NCBI GenBank assembly: GCA_050273025.1
Contig: CP158635.1
Location: forward strand, 19,344,001-19,408,000
Source of the DNA: Cenococcum geophilum
Lineage: Eukaryota
Reading direction: 5' to 3'
DNA length: 64,000 nucleotides
The position numbers were made by a program, and so were the translations under genes. Numbering within the stretch: the first letter of the stretch is position 1; each line of letters begins with the position of its first letter. Of the stretch, positions 51,407 to 62,769 are shown piece after piece. The notes below the pieces were generated by a model. The model was given only the letters and a program-made list of their open reading frames with translations, was not told where the DNA came from and did no database searches.

Positions 51407-53145
51407 TTATCTAAAGCTTAACTACCCTTTCTTGTCCTTAATCCGTTAAACCAACTAAGACCTATTTCTTACGTTACGTCCTTAATAAGGCTACTAGGAT
51501 AAGCTGTCGGAGTCTAATATAGGGCCAATAGCTAGAGTTCTATATTCTTCTATGGTTAATTAATCCTAAAGTAGACGGCTATATAACTATAGCCCATTTA
51601 GTGGTTAGTAAAAAGATTTATAACTTATAGCTATTATAAAAGAGGCTATAGTCTGCACTAATAAGTATTTATCTCTCCATTAATATCTAGTCCTCTCTAA
51701 ATAATTACCTTCTTCTTGCGATTTACGGCCATTTTATTAATATCCAGGAAAAGCTTGTAAATGCTCTTCTTGGCCTTTATACAGTGGCCTCTTATAGTAG
51801 GAATAAGCAATAAAATACTCTTCTTTTAGTGCTTAAGGACTATAGGATTATATAAAAGCTAAGTGCCATTATATCTAATAATTATACTATAAATAATAAG
51901 CTCTGTTATATAATAAGCGATTAACTTCTCTAGGAAAAAGAAATTAAATAGAATCCTATCTACTAACGGATTTACTATTAGGGCTATATTCTTAACCTTA
52001 CTATATAGGCTTCCCTCTTTAAAAACTTAATTAGTCTTAATAACATTAAGTTATATAAAGAAGATAAGGTAAAAGGAAAAAAGTTAAATCTAAAAGAGGA
52101 CAAAGAGATAAGTAATATATTTTAAAAATTTGGCGCACTTAGAAAGCTTTATAATATTACCATATATACCTATAGCTTAGCTAATTATATAAGGGAGTTT
52201 AAAGGTCTTATAAGGAGAAGAATTCCGCTTAATAATTATATAAGATAGAATAGCCAGTATTTTATACTTAGCGTAGCAATTTAGAAAAAGTCTGCCCTTA
52301 ATATGTATACTAAGCGTAACCTTAATACGCTTAAAAAGGACTAGGAGGCGCTTTATACAATAAAAGGTTTTCTTTAGATATTCTACTAAGTAACCCTAAA
52401 ATGCTAGGGACATAAAGCAACACTTAAGAATATACTCTTTATAATAGATATTATAATTAAGCACCTTGATAAATTCTAGGTTAGTTTATCTCCCCTTTTT
52501 ATTTTCTAATTTAGATAATATTTATATAATAAAAAGAGTATATATCTAATAAAGAGTTCTCTAAACGTATTAAAAATGCTTAGAATACCTTTAATAGATA
52601 TTACTATAAAACAGATAACTCGCCCCTTTACGCCGCTGCACTTATTCTTTATCTAGCCTATTATATAAGATATATTAAGCAGGTTTAGAAAAAGAAGTGG
52701 CGTAAGCTTGCACTTAATAGCGTTAAAGAGCTTTAGAAAAAATATTAGAATAGAAGTTCTACCCCTAAAAGTATATTGTTGTATAAAAAGCTAGCTCTAG
52801 CTTAAGACCTTAATAAGTTTAATAAGATTGCCGAGGATTTTAATAGTATAATGTTTTGACTAAAAAGTTAAGATAAGTATAAGGACTTTATCTCTAAGAC
52901 GCCGTATAAGATTTTAATAACTATACTTTAGTAGTAGTCTTAAGAACAGTAGCAAAAGCGCTGGCTATAGCTCTTGCTTATAGCACTTAAAATTCTCTTA
53001 ATTCTAGCAATAAGCGATAAGCTAGAAAGAGTCTTTTTAGGAGGACGTTATACGGTATTATAGGAGAGAATGTATATAGATTTTAAAACTCTTAAGAAAA
53101 CAAAGTGTTTGAAGAATTGGTATTAAAGAACTATAAGAGAAATAG
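51407..53145 (+). pseudogene. hAT transposase remnant
   Basis: IYLSINI*SSLNNYLLLAIYGHFIN (first catalytic Asp region) at ~51665 and KRWL*LLLIALKILLILAISDKLERVFLGGRYTVL*ER (hAT dimerisation domain) at ~52955. Confidence 0.85.
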
Positions 53146-53706
53146 GTAATTTTTCTTTAAGTATTTAGCTATTATATAGTTAGGGGGGAAGGGTAGATAG
53201 GGACCTCCTACGATAATATCGGCAATATCTACTAAATTCTGCTAGAAGCGAGTCCTATTCTACCTAGCTGGGGTAGAAAAGCTCCGCATGGGCACTTTTA
53301 TCCTTATCGGTTGCGATATTTTATGCATTTTCTATTGAATAAAGGATATTTTATGCTCGCTTATTTGCATTATCCAAAACCACCCTGAGTAACTTAGGCG
53401 GTTACTAAGATAGGGTCATTAGTGGGGCGCGGGGTAGACCGGGTGATTCAATTAGACATCAACAGTAAGCCTTCTACGGGACTTTTATTAAGCCATTCAA
53501 CGACTACAATGTCTTAACGTACTTACAAATATAGAAACCGGAGGTGGAAAATTTATTAATAGGCTAGCGTAATTTCAGCTAAGAATTACACCAAGTTGTA
53601 TGTCAATACCAACGTATATATAAGCACTCCGACTGCCATTGTTCCCTTACGCCAACCACAAGACATATCGATATATAGGTAGCAATACGAATAAGGTTCA
53701 GTAAGC

Positions 53707-54774
53707 ATGCGTCTTCCCGCTCTTATCTCCCTAATCGTTGGTCCTATTATCTCCGCGGTCTCCTCCGCCCAAGCAACACTTTCATCGGCATCTACTTCTT
53801 CTCCCGTCATTAAGACGACGAAGATCACCCCGTCCTACTGGCGCGCGACATTCTCGGACCCCCCGCTAAACATCCAGGGCGACGCCTTCTTTCGGGACTT
53901 CTACGCGCTCGTCGACCAGATCACCGGCGACCCGGACGTCAAGGTTGTCGTCTTCGACTCGAGTTCCGAGATTTTCTTCTCCACCCACGTCGACCTCCTC
54001 AAACCGCTGGACCCCAACCTGTGGCCTGGGAGCCCCCAGTACTGGGACAGTATCACTCGTCTCGCAAAGGCCCCCGTGCTCACCGTCGCTGCGATTAGGG
54101 GCATCGCTTACAACGCCGGCGCGGAGATCGCGGCGGTCTTGGATGTCAGATTTGGTAGTAAAGAGAAGGCTGTTCTTGCACAGCTCGAGGTCGGCTTCGG
54201 TAAGTGCTATTCTCATGATTTTGACCTATAGTGTTAATGGTGGGTTTTAAAGGAGCTAATCCAGGCGGTGGTGGAATCGAGCTGCTGTGCCGTCTAGCCG
54301 GCCGAAGTCGAGCACTTGAGGTTGTACTCGGGGCTAACCGTATCGATGCTGATACAGCTGCTCTTTATGGATGTATGTCATTCCCCTTTTTGTGGACTCG
54401 CGTTGTTGTCTAGCCTCTGGGTGTGCCGTTCGTAAAACGTTAGGGAAATTTTTTGACTAAAAAAAGGGATCAATCGCGCAATTCCGGATGCTCAATTCGA
54501 AGAGTTTGTCGACAACTTTGCCCGCCGGGTTGCTGGCTGGGACCACTACGCCATAGCCGCAGCCAAGAAGCTCATCAATGAGCGCACCGATTTTCCCACG
54601 GCGAACCAGCAGCAGGAGAGCTTCAACTCGTTCTTAGCGGCTGTTGCCCAGGGAGCGGTTTCCGCGCGCCTGAAGGCCATGGGTGCCGCCGGGCTGCAGA
54701 CCAACCTGAACTTCGAGATCAACTTAGACGAAGAAGAGCTGAAGTTTGTTGGCGACGGGCCATGGAACGTTTAG
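53707..54774 (+). CDS. Crotonase / enoyl-CoA hydratase-isomerase family protein with N-terminal signal peptide (306 aa; exons 53707-54199, 54253-54372, 54467-54774)
   Basis: FSDPPLNI, DPDVKVVVFDS, APVLTVAAIRGIAYNAGAEI, QLEVGFGANPGGGG, GRSRALEVVLG, AALYGWINRA; two GT-AG introns. Confidence 0.92.
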
Positions 54775-55120
54775 GCTTGCCTCGGCTTGTCTATAATCCG
54801 CGATACACTTTTCTAGAGCTTATTAAGATCTGCACTAAGATAGTGCGAGCCATATTAAAAGAAAAGAGGCAGAGTTAACGATAAAGCTGATGGGGTTGGA
54901 AAAGTAGGCTAAAAAGTAAGTTGAAAAAGTAGAGTAAATAAAAACAAGTCCGAGCACACGGGTTAGTGCATTCCACCATCAAGAACTACATCTGATGACC
55001 TCCCGCTATGTCAAATCCCTTGTCATAAACTCAGGCACGTACAACGCCTTTCTCCTGTTCGAAGCCCCGGTGGCCGGAGGTCTTTACTTGTCCGAGCGAG
55101 GTCTAGATATAAACTCTGGG

Positions 55121-55210
55121 CATTAAGGCCGGTGGGAAGCAGCGGAAGAGCTGGAGGTGCAAGTGCTAGAGACTCGCAAGGAGAAGCTAGGCTCGGACCA
55201 TCCTTCCACT
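55121..55210 (+). pseudogene. Isolated TPR repeat relic (fungal NLR, kinesin-light-chain-like type)
   Basis: H*GRWEAAEELEVQVLETRKEKLGSDHPST; no flanking ORF. Confidence 0.75.
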
Positions 55211-55623
55211 TCCCAGCATCTTGGTTGGATTATAAGGCCCGGGTTAGATTCTTTTATAAGTTTTAGAAGTAATAAGAGATCGATAATAGTGCCATGATGA
55301 AGAATTTCTCTGGCGCTATGCAGCTGCACTGTGCCAAAAGCAGGCGACAGACGGCCGTACTGGGACAAATTTCTACTAAAACGGGTGTCAGATGCCAAGT
55401 AGTGGCTATAGAGCACATTTAAGATAAAGTTATAAAAATATTAACGCGTGTGCAGATTCGGGATCGCTATAAAGTAAAAGTACCTCGCATTTGGCTCGGC
55501 ATATAGGGGTGCTCGGCAAGCAGGGGGGAGGTTATATATGCTTTGCAGTATATGGGAATTGGCCAAGCGACTTGATTGTAAATCTATGGAAATCAAGTAG
55601 AATATATACATGAAAGTAGACCC

Positions 55624-56070
55624 CTAACTCCGGAGTCTATGACTCAATCTTTGACCATATCCAAGACATATAAGGGTAGTGTTGATCCTATCTCGGAGCC
55701 CTCCAGGCGGCGATCTTGTGTCTCGGCATAGTGCCAGTAGTCGGTTACAGGTTAGTTGCCTCATTATCCTCGCTGGAGCATTGAGAAATCTACGGTCTTT
55801 AAAGAGGCTGTATAACAATAATATCAGTCTCTTTACCTTTTGAAAATTATTCCAGATATTTTTTCGATAGCGTTAGTCCTCTATCCTAGGAAAGAGTCTT
55901 CCTGTTTCAAAAAGAGGTTTAAGTATATCTAGATCTTCTTAAGAATACCCTGGACATTTAAGTTATAATATTTCCACAGTCCCTCGACCTAGACTCCGCA
56001 TCAGCGCTTTATTTCCTTTAAGGATTGCGGACTAAACCTGCCAAATGTAATCGAGATAATGCCAGGTCTC
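55624..56070 (-). pseudogene. DUF3723 gene remnant, 3' fragment (Starship-associated family)
   Basis: ETWHYLDYIWQV*SAILKGNKALMRSLGRGTVEII*LKCPGYS*EDLDILKPLFETGRLFPRIED*RYRKNIWNNFQKVKRLI..YSLFKDRRFLNAPARIMRQL. Resembles the DUF3723 consensus (EILHYLxHI, TVxxLELRAPG, IPSLYTFFEDxKYL). Confidence 0.75.
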
Positions 56071-56287
56071 TGTTAGCGACTCAGTCAATCGAGACATAAG
56101 CACGGCAAAAGGGTCGCGCAAGCCTGTACGATTGGATTATCTATAAACGAGAATCTAAAGCTAAAGAAAGGAAAGGAGAAGAAGGGGAGCGCCGCTTAAA
56201 GCTATATACAATCTTTATATCACGTGACCGCAATATGCGGCAATCTGTGGCAACTTACCGGTGCGTAGTTCTACCAGTGCCGTAATA
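56071..56287 (-). repeat. Gypsy D 3' LTR
   Basis: Pair of 61812-62028. Confidence 0.95.
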
Positions 56288-59200
56288 TTACCCCCCCCTC
56301 CAAAAAAGCCTGCCCTTAGGCTTTGCCGCTAAAAGTCTTGGTAAGAGAATCTAACTAATTAGACAACTTCGACCGCTGGTTAAAGTTCCTAGATATCTTA
56401 ACACCTTACGTGACTAAGAAATTTCTGGGGCGTTTTTGTCCTTATATTCTTCTGGTAGCTTATTATCTTTGTTATACCAGCATTCTATCTACTTATCTAG
56501 GTACTTTAGCGGTTTAGGTTTATTAGGGTAACGGCTATAGAACTTCTAAAGCTTATAGGGGCTACCTATAAAGTTCTATATAGGGTACTAAGTAGGGTCT
56601 GGGTTATATCCTTTCTAACTAATACGATACTTTAACGTTCCCTTTATAAGTTTATAGGCTAGTATTTCTTTAATTTCCTATTTATTATCGTCGTTAACTT
56701 AAATTGGCAGGGGAGGTTTATTCTTTTGTCCGGGTAGTAGGTTATTTGCAGCTTTCCGTAGCTTATCCAGTAAAAAGATAGGGTAGACTTTAATTAAGTT
56801 TAGGAGCTTAACCTTGTATAAGTTGCCTATTTTATTAAGAATCTTATATGGTCCTGCTATCTTATAGTCTAGCTTATGGCTAGGCCGTTCTATCTTCTAG
56901 TTCTTTATTATAACCTAGACTATGTCGCCTATAGTAAAGTTAGGCTTGCGCCTATGCTTATTTGCCTGCTGTTCCATTAATTTCTGGGCCTTTTTTAGGT
57001 TTGTATAGGCTACTTTCTAGGCTTCTTCTAAGCGCTTAGCGTACTGCTGGGCTTCCTTATAAGATAGTTTTTTGTATACAGTCTGGGGCCCTTCTGGTTT
57101 TTCCTAGTCAAAGCTTATACGGGGTAGGTAACCTATTTCTAGTTAAATAGGGGCAAATCCGGTAGAGTTATGGGGTAAGGTTGCTTAGGCGTAGTCTATT
57201 AAGGGTAATAGTTTAGCCTAGTTATTTTGGAAGTAGTTAATAAAAGGCCGGAGTCTCTAGTCTAAGTATTAATTTATAATCTCTGTTTAACCGTCTGTCT
57301 AGGGGTAATATGCCGTAGAAAGCTTTAGCTTAATGCCTAGGATCTGGGTGAACTTATTCTAAAAGGCTGATATAAACTGCGGCCTATAGTCGGATATAAT
57401 AGTGTCTAGTAGTTTGTAAATTTGGTAGACGTAGTAGATATATAGTTGGGCTGCCTCTTTAGCATTAATATTCTTATAATAGGGAATTAAGAATAGGCGC
57501 TTGCTGAAGCGGTTAACTAGGATTATAACTATATTATATCCGTTACGGTCTAGAGGTAGCTTATAAAAGTCTATAGAGATATATTACTAGGGGCGGTTGG
57601 GTATTAGGAGGGGTTTTAATAGTCCTAGGGTCTTATCTTGCGGAATTGTAGACCTGCGGTAGTTGTTGCAGTTCTATATATAATGGTTGATATCCGTAAC
57701 TATTCCGGGCCAGTAGTAGCGGTTACTAATAATCCTGCGGGTCTTATTCTTTCTGGGGTAGGCCGTAGAGACTTAGGTATGTACTTTAGCAATAAGCCGA
57801 GTCTATAAGTTCTATTTCTTTGCCACTACCAGCCGTTCCTGATGCTTAAGTAATCCATTTTTAAGGGACTATGGGCTAGTAACGTTCTTTGCCTTTTTAC
57901 GGTACTTCTGTAGAGAAGGGGCCGTACGGTTTATCTGCAGTAATTTGTCGATTAAGTTAAGTCCTAAAGGGTTAATAGGATATATCTCGGCGCCTAAGGG
58001 GTCTATACTTAGTTCTGCCTATATCTAGGGGTTAAAGTACTCTAGTTGTAGTAGCGTCTAGGTCTATAATAAGATCTTCGCAGCTATATGGTCACCTAGG
58101 TCTTATTCGCGCCTAGTAAGAGTATTTGTACGGTTTGTAGCGCCTAGTCTATATATAATTAAGAAGTTAAATTGAGATAGGATATCCGCCTAGCGTGCCT
58201 ACTAGGCCGTAAGGGCCTTAGTTATTATAAAGTATTCTAGGGCCTTATAATCTAACACTACTTTAATGGGTTTAGGGGTCCCCTCTAGCTATATACGCTA
58301 GTGCTAAAAGCTAGAGATAATAGCCAGCATTTCTTTATTATAGATGTAGTAGTTTAGTTTAGCATCTATTATAGTCTTTAAATAGTATATAATAGGGTGC
58401 TATTCTCCGTCTGGTTGCTTTTGGGAAAAAATACCGGCTATTGCGCCGTCTAAGGCATTAGTTTCTAGCATTAAGGGCCGTTTTGGGTTAAAGTGGGTAA
58501 GTAGGGGGACCGACACTAGCCGTTTTTTAAGCTTATTAAAGGCCTGTATATATATAGCGTTAAAGTAAAAGGGCTGGTCTTTTCTAGTAAGGCGGTTAAG
58601 AGGCCAGATAATCCTGCTATAGTTCTTAATAAAGTATTAGTAGAAGTTATAGAAACCTAAAAATAATTACACCCCCTTTATAGTCCGTGGGGGCGTCTAC
58701 TGGTTAATTATAGTCGTTTTCTCTAGGTTGGCCTTAACTCCGTCTATGCTAATAATAAAACCTAGGTACTTTGTACGCTTAATACTAAATTCTAACTTCT
58801 TAATATTGGCCTAGAGGCCAGCTTTATAGAGCCGTTATAGGACTTTATAGACGTGCTCTTTATATTCTAGTTCGTTTTCTAAGTAGATTATAATATTATC
58901 TAGATAGGCTGTATAGAAGTTATTAAGGTAGTTAAAGAGTACATTATTTATATACCGCTAGTATATAGCTAGTCCATTAGTTAGTCTAAAAGGAAGTACC
59001 TTATATTTATACATCCCGTAACGGGTCCGGAATATAGTAAGATCCTTAAACCTAGGGTCTATCCTAATTTAGTAAAAGGCCTAGCGGATATTAAGCTTTA
59101 TAAAAACCTTAGCTCTACTTATTTAGGTAAGAGTCTTATTAAGTAAGGGCAGTGGGTAGCGGTCCTTGGGTTATATTATTTAGCTTATGGTAGTTAATAT

Positions 59201-61811
59201 AGAAGCGTAGTTCTCTATTTAGCTTTTTGATAAAGAGAATAGGTAAGTTAAAAGGGGCTTAGCTAGGCTCGATAAAGCCCTTATTTAGGTTATTAATAAG
59301 GTACTGCTTTATAGCCTATAATTCGGCAATAGACTATAGGTAGAGAGGGCTAAAGCTAAGGGTGCTTCCCTTATCTTGCTTAATCTTAATCTTATAGTTA
59401 TATGGTCGGTAGGGTAGAAGTATGTTAGACGCTACCTTAAAAAATACGTCCTTGAATTTCCGGTGTTAATTGGGCAGTTTTTACTCCACTAGTTCTTTAT
59501 CTATAAGCCCGCTTTTCTATCTACTAAGCTTACTTTCCTTTTCCTTAATTATTCGGTTAATTTTATATAGGCTAGTTGTAAAGGCAACGGTATTAGGCTG
59601 GACTAGGTTCTAGTAGAATTTTACAGCGCCAATATAGCAGACATTAACTGGTGGGAGGTCCGTAGGTTTCTTTAGCGTCCGTTAGGCTGTGGTTTACGGT
59701 ATAGGGTTTATAGTCTTCCTTAGCTTACGTTCCATTTTCCGTAAATTATCCTTCTTATCTATTAGTTTAGTATAGCGTCCAATATCTCTAACTTTCCTTT
59801 ATAGCTTTATAGGGTTCTCTATAGGGAACTTAGCTAGGTCACTACCGACTTCCTAGGTCTCTGGTGCGAGTGGCGTAATATAGGTAGTTTAAGGGCGGCG
59901 TAGTATACGGATCCGTTACGGGTTAAGCTATACGTCCTTCTTAAAGGCCTAGTCTCTGCGCATAGTATTGGCCTAGTAAATAGTATTGATCTAGGGCCGT
60001 ACGAGGTTTTCTATTATAATGCTGATTTCTTTTATAAAGAAAGGGGTTAGGGGTAGAGTTTTGGGCTAGATAAGCCGTCTACTCTATACTTTAAGCTGTA
60101 AGCCTAAATAGGCTAGCTATTTTCTTTTTAAGATTATATTATAGCTTCCTAAGTCCGTAATAAGAAAGGGGATATTATACTACCTTTGTCTGTTAACGCG
60201 GAGGTAGGTCCGTAAGATAGTTATAATAGGTAGCCCTATCCGTCCGTTATAACCGCAAATAGGGATTAGTTTGGGCAGTTCTTTAAGGGGTGTATTTAAA
60301 AAGTCAGCCAGTTTTATAGCGCATTTTGTGTTAATTAAGGTAAAGGCATTTGCTTCTAAGTTAGCTAAAGTAGAGGTTAAAACTTAATATTTATTGCGAA
60401 ATAAAGTATAAGGGATAGTGTAGCTTCTTTTACTAACTAGCTAACCTAGATTAATATGTAATATATCAATCCCTTTTAACCCTAGAGAGGAGTCTTCCTC
60501 TAGGGTTCCTTTTTTTCTAGCTCCGTACTATTCTCCTAAATTAATAGGACCTTGTTTGTTCTTGCCTTTATTAGGCAGTTCCTTATAGAGTGGCCTGTTT
60601 AACCATATAAGAAGCAAGCTCCTTAATCGCTAAGGGCCTATATATAGGGGTTGCTATATATAGGCCGGGTGTACACTAGGCCCGTAGTAGGGGTAGCTGC
60701 GCGGCTAGCTATTAGGTTAGCTATAGGAGTTGCTAATTATACCGGGGCACTATAGGCCGTACTCGTAGTACTTGCGGCCTGGTTTGTAAGGTTTCTAGTT
60801 TTTAGCCAGTTGGCGCGTGCCTTAATTTAATAGAGGCCTTAGTTAATAGCTAGGCAATAGTCCGTAAGTTCCTTTAATGTTTATACCGTAGTATAAGCTA
60901 GCAATACGGCCCGCTATAGGTCTAGGGTAAGCTTGTTAAAGAGGTCTAGTAGTAGGTCTTTCTAGGGGATCTGGGCCTATCCTACTAGGTATAGAAAGCG
61001 GGTTTAGAAGGCCGAAAAGGTCTCCGTTGTTTTTATATTTAGGCTTTTATAGCTAAGGCGGGCGTTTTATACTTTAAAAGGGTCTTTATAAATAGAAGAT
61101 AAGTATTTAATTATTTCTTCTTTAGAGATAAAGGGGTCTGCTAAGTCTTTAGTATATTACGGGCGTAAATGCGTCTAGGTGTCTCTGCTAGTACGGCCAA
61201 AGATATAGGCTATTCTGGCTCGGGCGTTAGGGAAGTAGTCTGTATTAACTTTAAGCTTGTCCTGTAATTAAAGCTTCCAATTATTAAATATAGGGTCGGT
61301 TCCGTCTATAAGTAGTAGGGGGTCCACGACCTTTGCTGACCGCTTTGGTGCTATATAGGCCTTAGTAGATCTACTAAGGCGCTGGAATAGGGCCTAAAGG
61401 ACTATAGTAAGTCTTTAGTTGTCTAATAATAACTTATTATTAGATATAGGGGTATCTCTAGCTTTAAGCAGCTCTCGCAATTATTTAATTTCGGCATTAG
61501 CAGCCGCAAGCTCCGCTTAGGGGGTTAAAACGTTAATTATTTCTTTATCTAAAGTATTTAAGGGTCCTGCAGCTGCTTTACCCGCTGCTGTGGTTCGTGG
61601 CATAGTGGTAGGGGTGTTAGGTAATTCTAGGTAATTTCTTTAGGGGTTCTGGTTTGTGTGTGTCTTATAGGTCCTTTCCTTAGGGTTCTGTTCTTTTCTT
61701 TTAGGTCCTGTCCTTATAGTCCTAGTAATGTCCTTAGGGTCCTATTCTGTGTTCTCGTAGATATATTTAAGTTCCTTCTTAGGAAGAAAGAGTAGAGTGA
61801 GCTTTAGATAA

Positions 61812-62028
61812 TGTTAGCGACTTAGTCAATCGAGATATAAGTACGGCAAAAGGGTCGCGTAAGCCTATACGATTAAATTGTCTATAAACGAGAATCTAAA
61901 GCTAAAGAAAGGAAAGGAGAAGAAGGGGAGCGCCGCTCGAAGCTATATACGATCTTTGCGTCACGTGACCGCAATATACGGCAATCTATGGCAACTTGCC
62001 GGTGCGTAGTTCTGCTAGTACCGTAATA
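61812..62028 (-). repeat. Gypsy D 5' LTR
   Basis: Pair of 56071-56287. Confidence 0.95.
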
Positions 62029-62033
62029 GTCTC

Positions 62034-62412
62034 CTAGATTAACGTTAGCAGTGCTTAAGAGAAGTAAAGATATAACGCTAACCTTACTAAATACTTGTGC
62101 CTAATTTAAAAGCTACCCTAAAGACCGGGTATTACAAGGGGAGCATTAAAGCCACTAGTGAGCAGTTTGTTCTTAAAAGGCTGTTTAAGATCTCGTTACT
62201 TAGTCTTGCTAAGACGTATCTATCCCTTATATTGTTAATGTGATATAAAGTGTAGCCTGTGCGTGCGATTACGAACGGGGTACACTTTATATTATATCAA
62301 CAATGTAAGGGATAAGCATTTCTCGGCATATATAGTGTCTAAAGATGTCTTGCTAATATCTTTGTATTGGCTTATTTTCTAATATATTTCGCCATTTAAG
62401 AAGTTTATTAAA
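62034..62412 (-). pseudogene. DUF3723 gene remnant, upstream fragment
   Basis: INFLNGEIY*KISQYK...YAEKC / RLSKTK*RDLKQPFKNKLLTSGFNAPLVIPGL*GSF, then a GTTAG...CTAAC...TAG intron abutting the TSD. Matches the DUF3723 SDGEIYRKIRQY...WWARLS...IPGLW block. Confidence 0.75.
62221..62314. mobile_element. 94-bp foldback / MITE-like insertion in DUF3723
   Basis: 34-bp arms (62221-62254 and 62281-62314) with 4 transition mismatches, 26-bp loop, TA at both ends. Confidence 0.7.
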
Positions 62413-62769
62413 TCCGAATATTCCTTGGACATATTGCGATTTATACCAATACACGCCTTATTCCGGATTATTTCTGTCTTATTCCAGAACAAGTCGTTAA
62501 AGAGGAACAATTCGTGTACCGCTTTAATTAGCTCTATTCCGGAACAATTACTTCATTCCAGAAAGGATCTAATACTACTTTAAACTTTTAAGGCTATATG
62601 GACCTTTTAAATAGATTTTAGCTACTTCTACGAGTCGATTTAGGAAGTATAGGCAGCCAATTGTTGTAAATAAGGATTAATATATTCTTAATATTATATT
62701 TAACCATCTAGTAGAGTATAGTCGCGATATTTAATAATAATAATTCATTGCTTAACGTCCGATTTGGAT

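Larger units (their letters stand above)
56071..62028 (-). mobile_element. Complete Ty3/Gypsy element D inserted in the DUF3723 gene
   Basis: 217-bp LTRs 56071-56287 and 61812-62028; TSD GTCTC on both sides. Minus-strand gag (ATG 61603, CFLYG*TGHSIRNC knuckle), AYLDNIIIY, IYNKEMLAII, chromodomain; PPT at 56288-56301. Confidence 0.95.

Noticed and set aside
62412..62567. TTCC(G/A)GA-rich segment, possibly a transposon end
   Set aside because: Boundaries and TIR/TSD could not be established.
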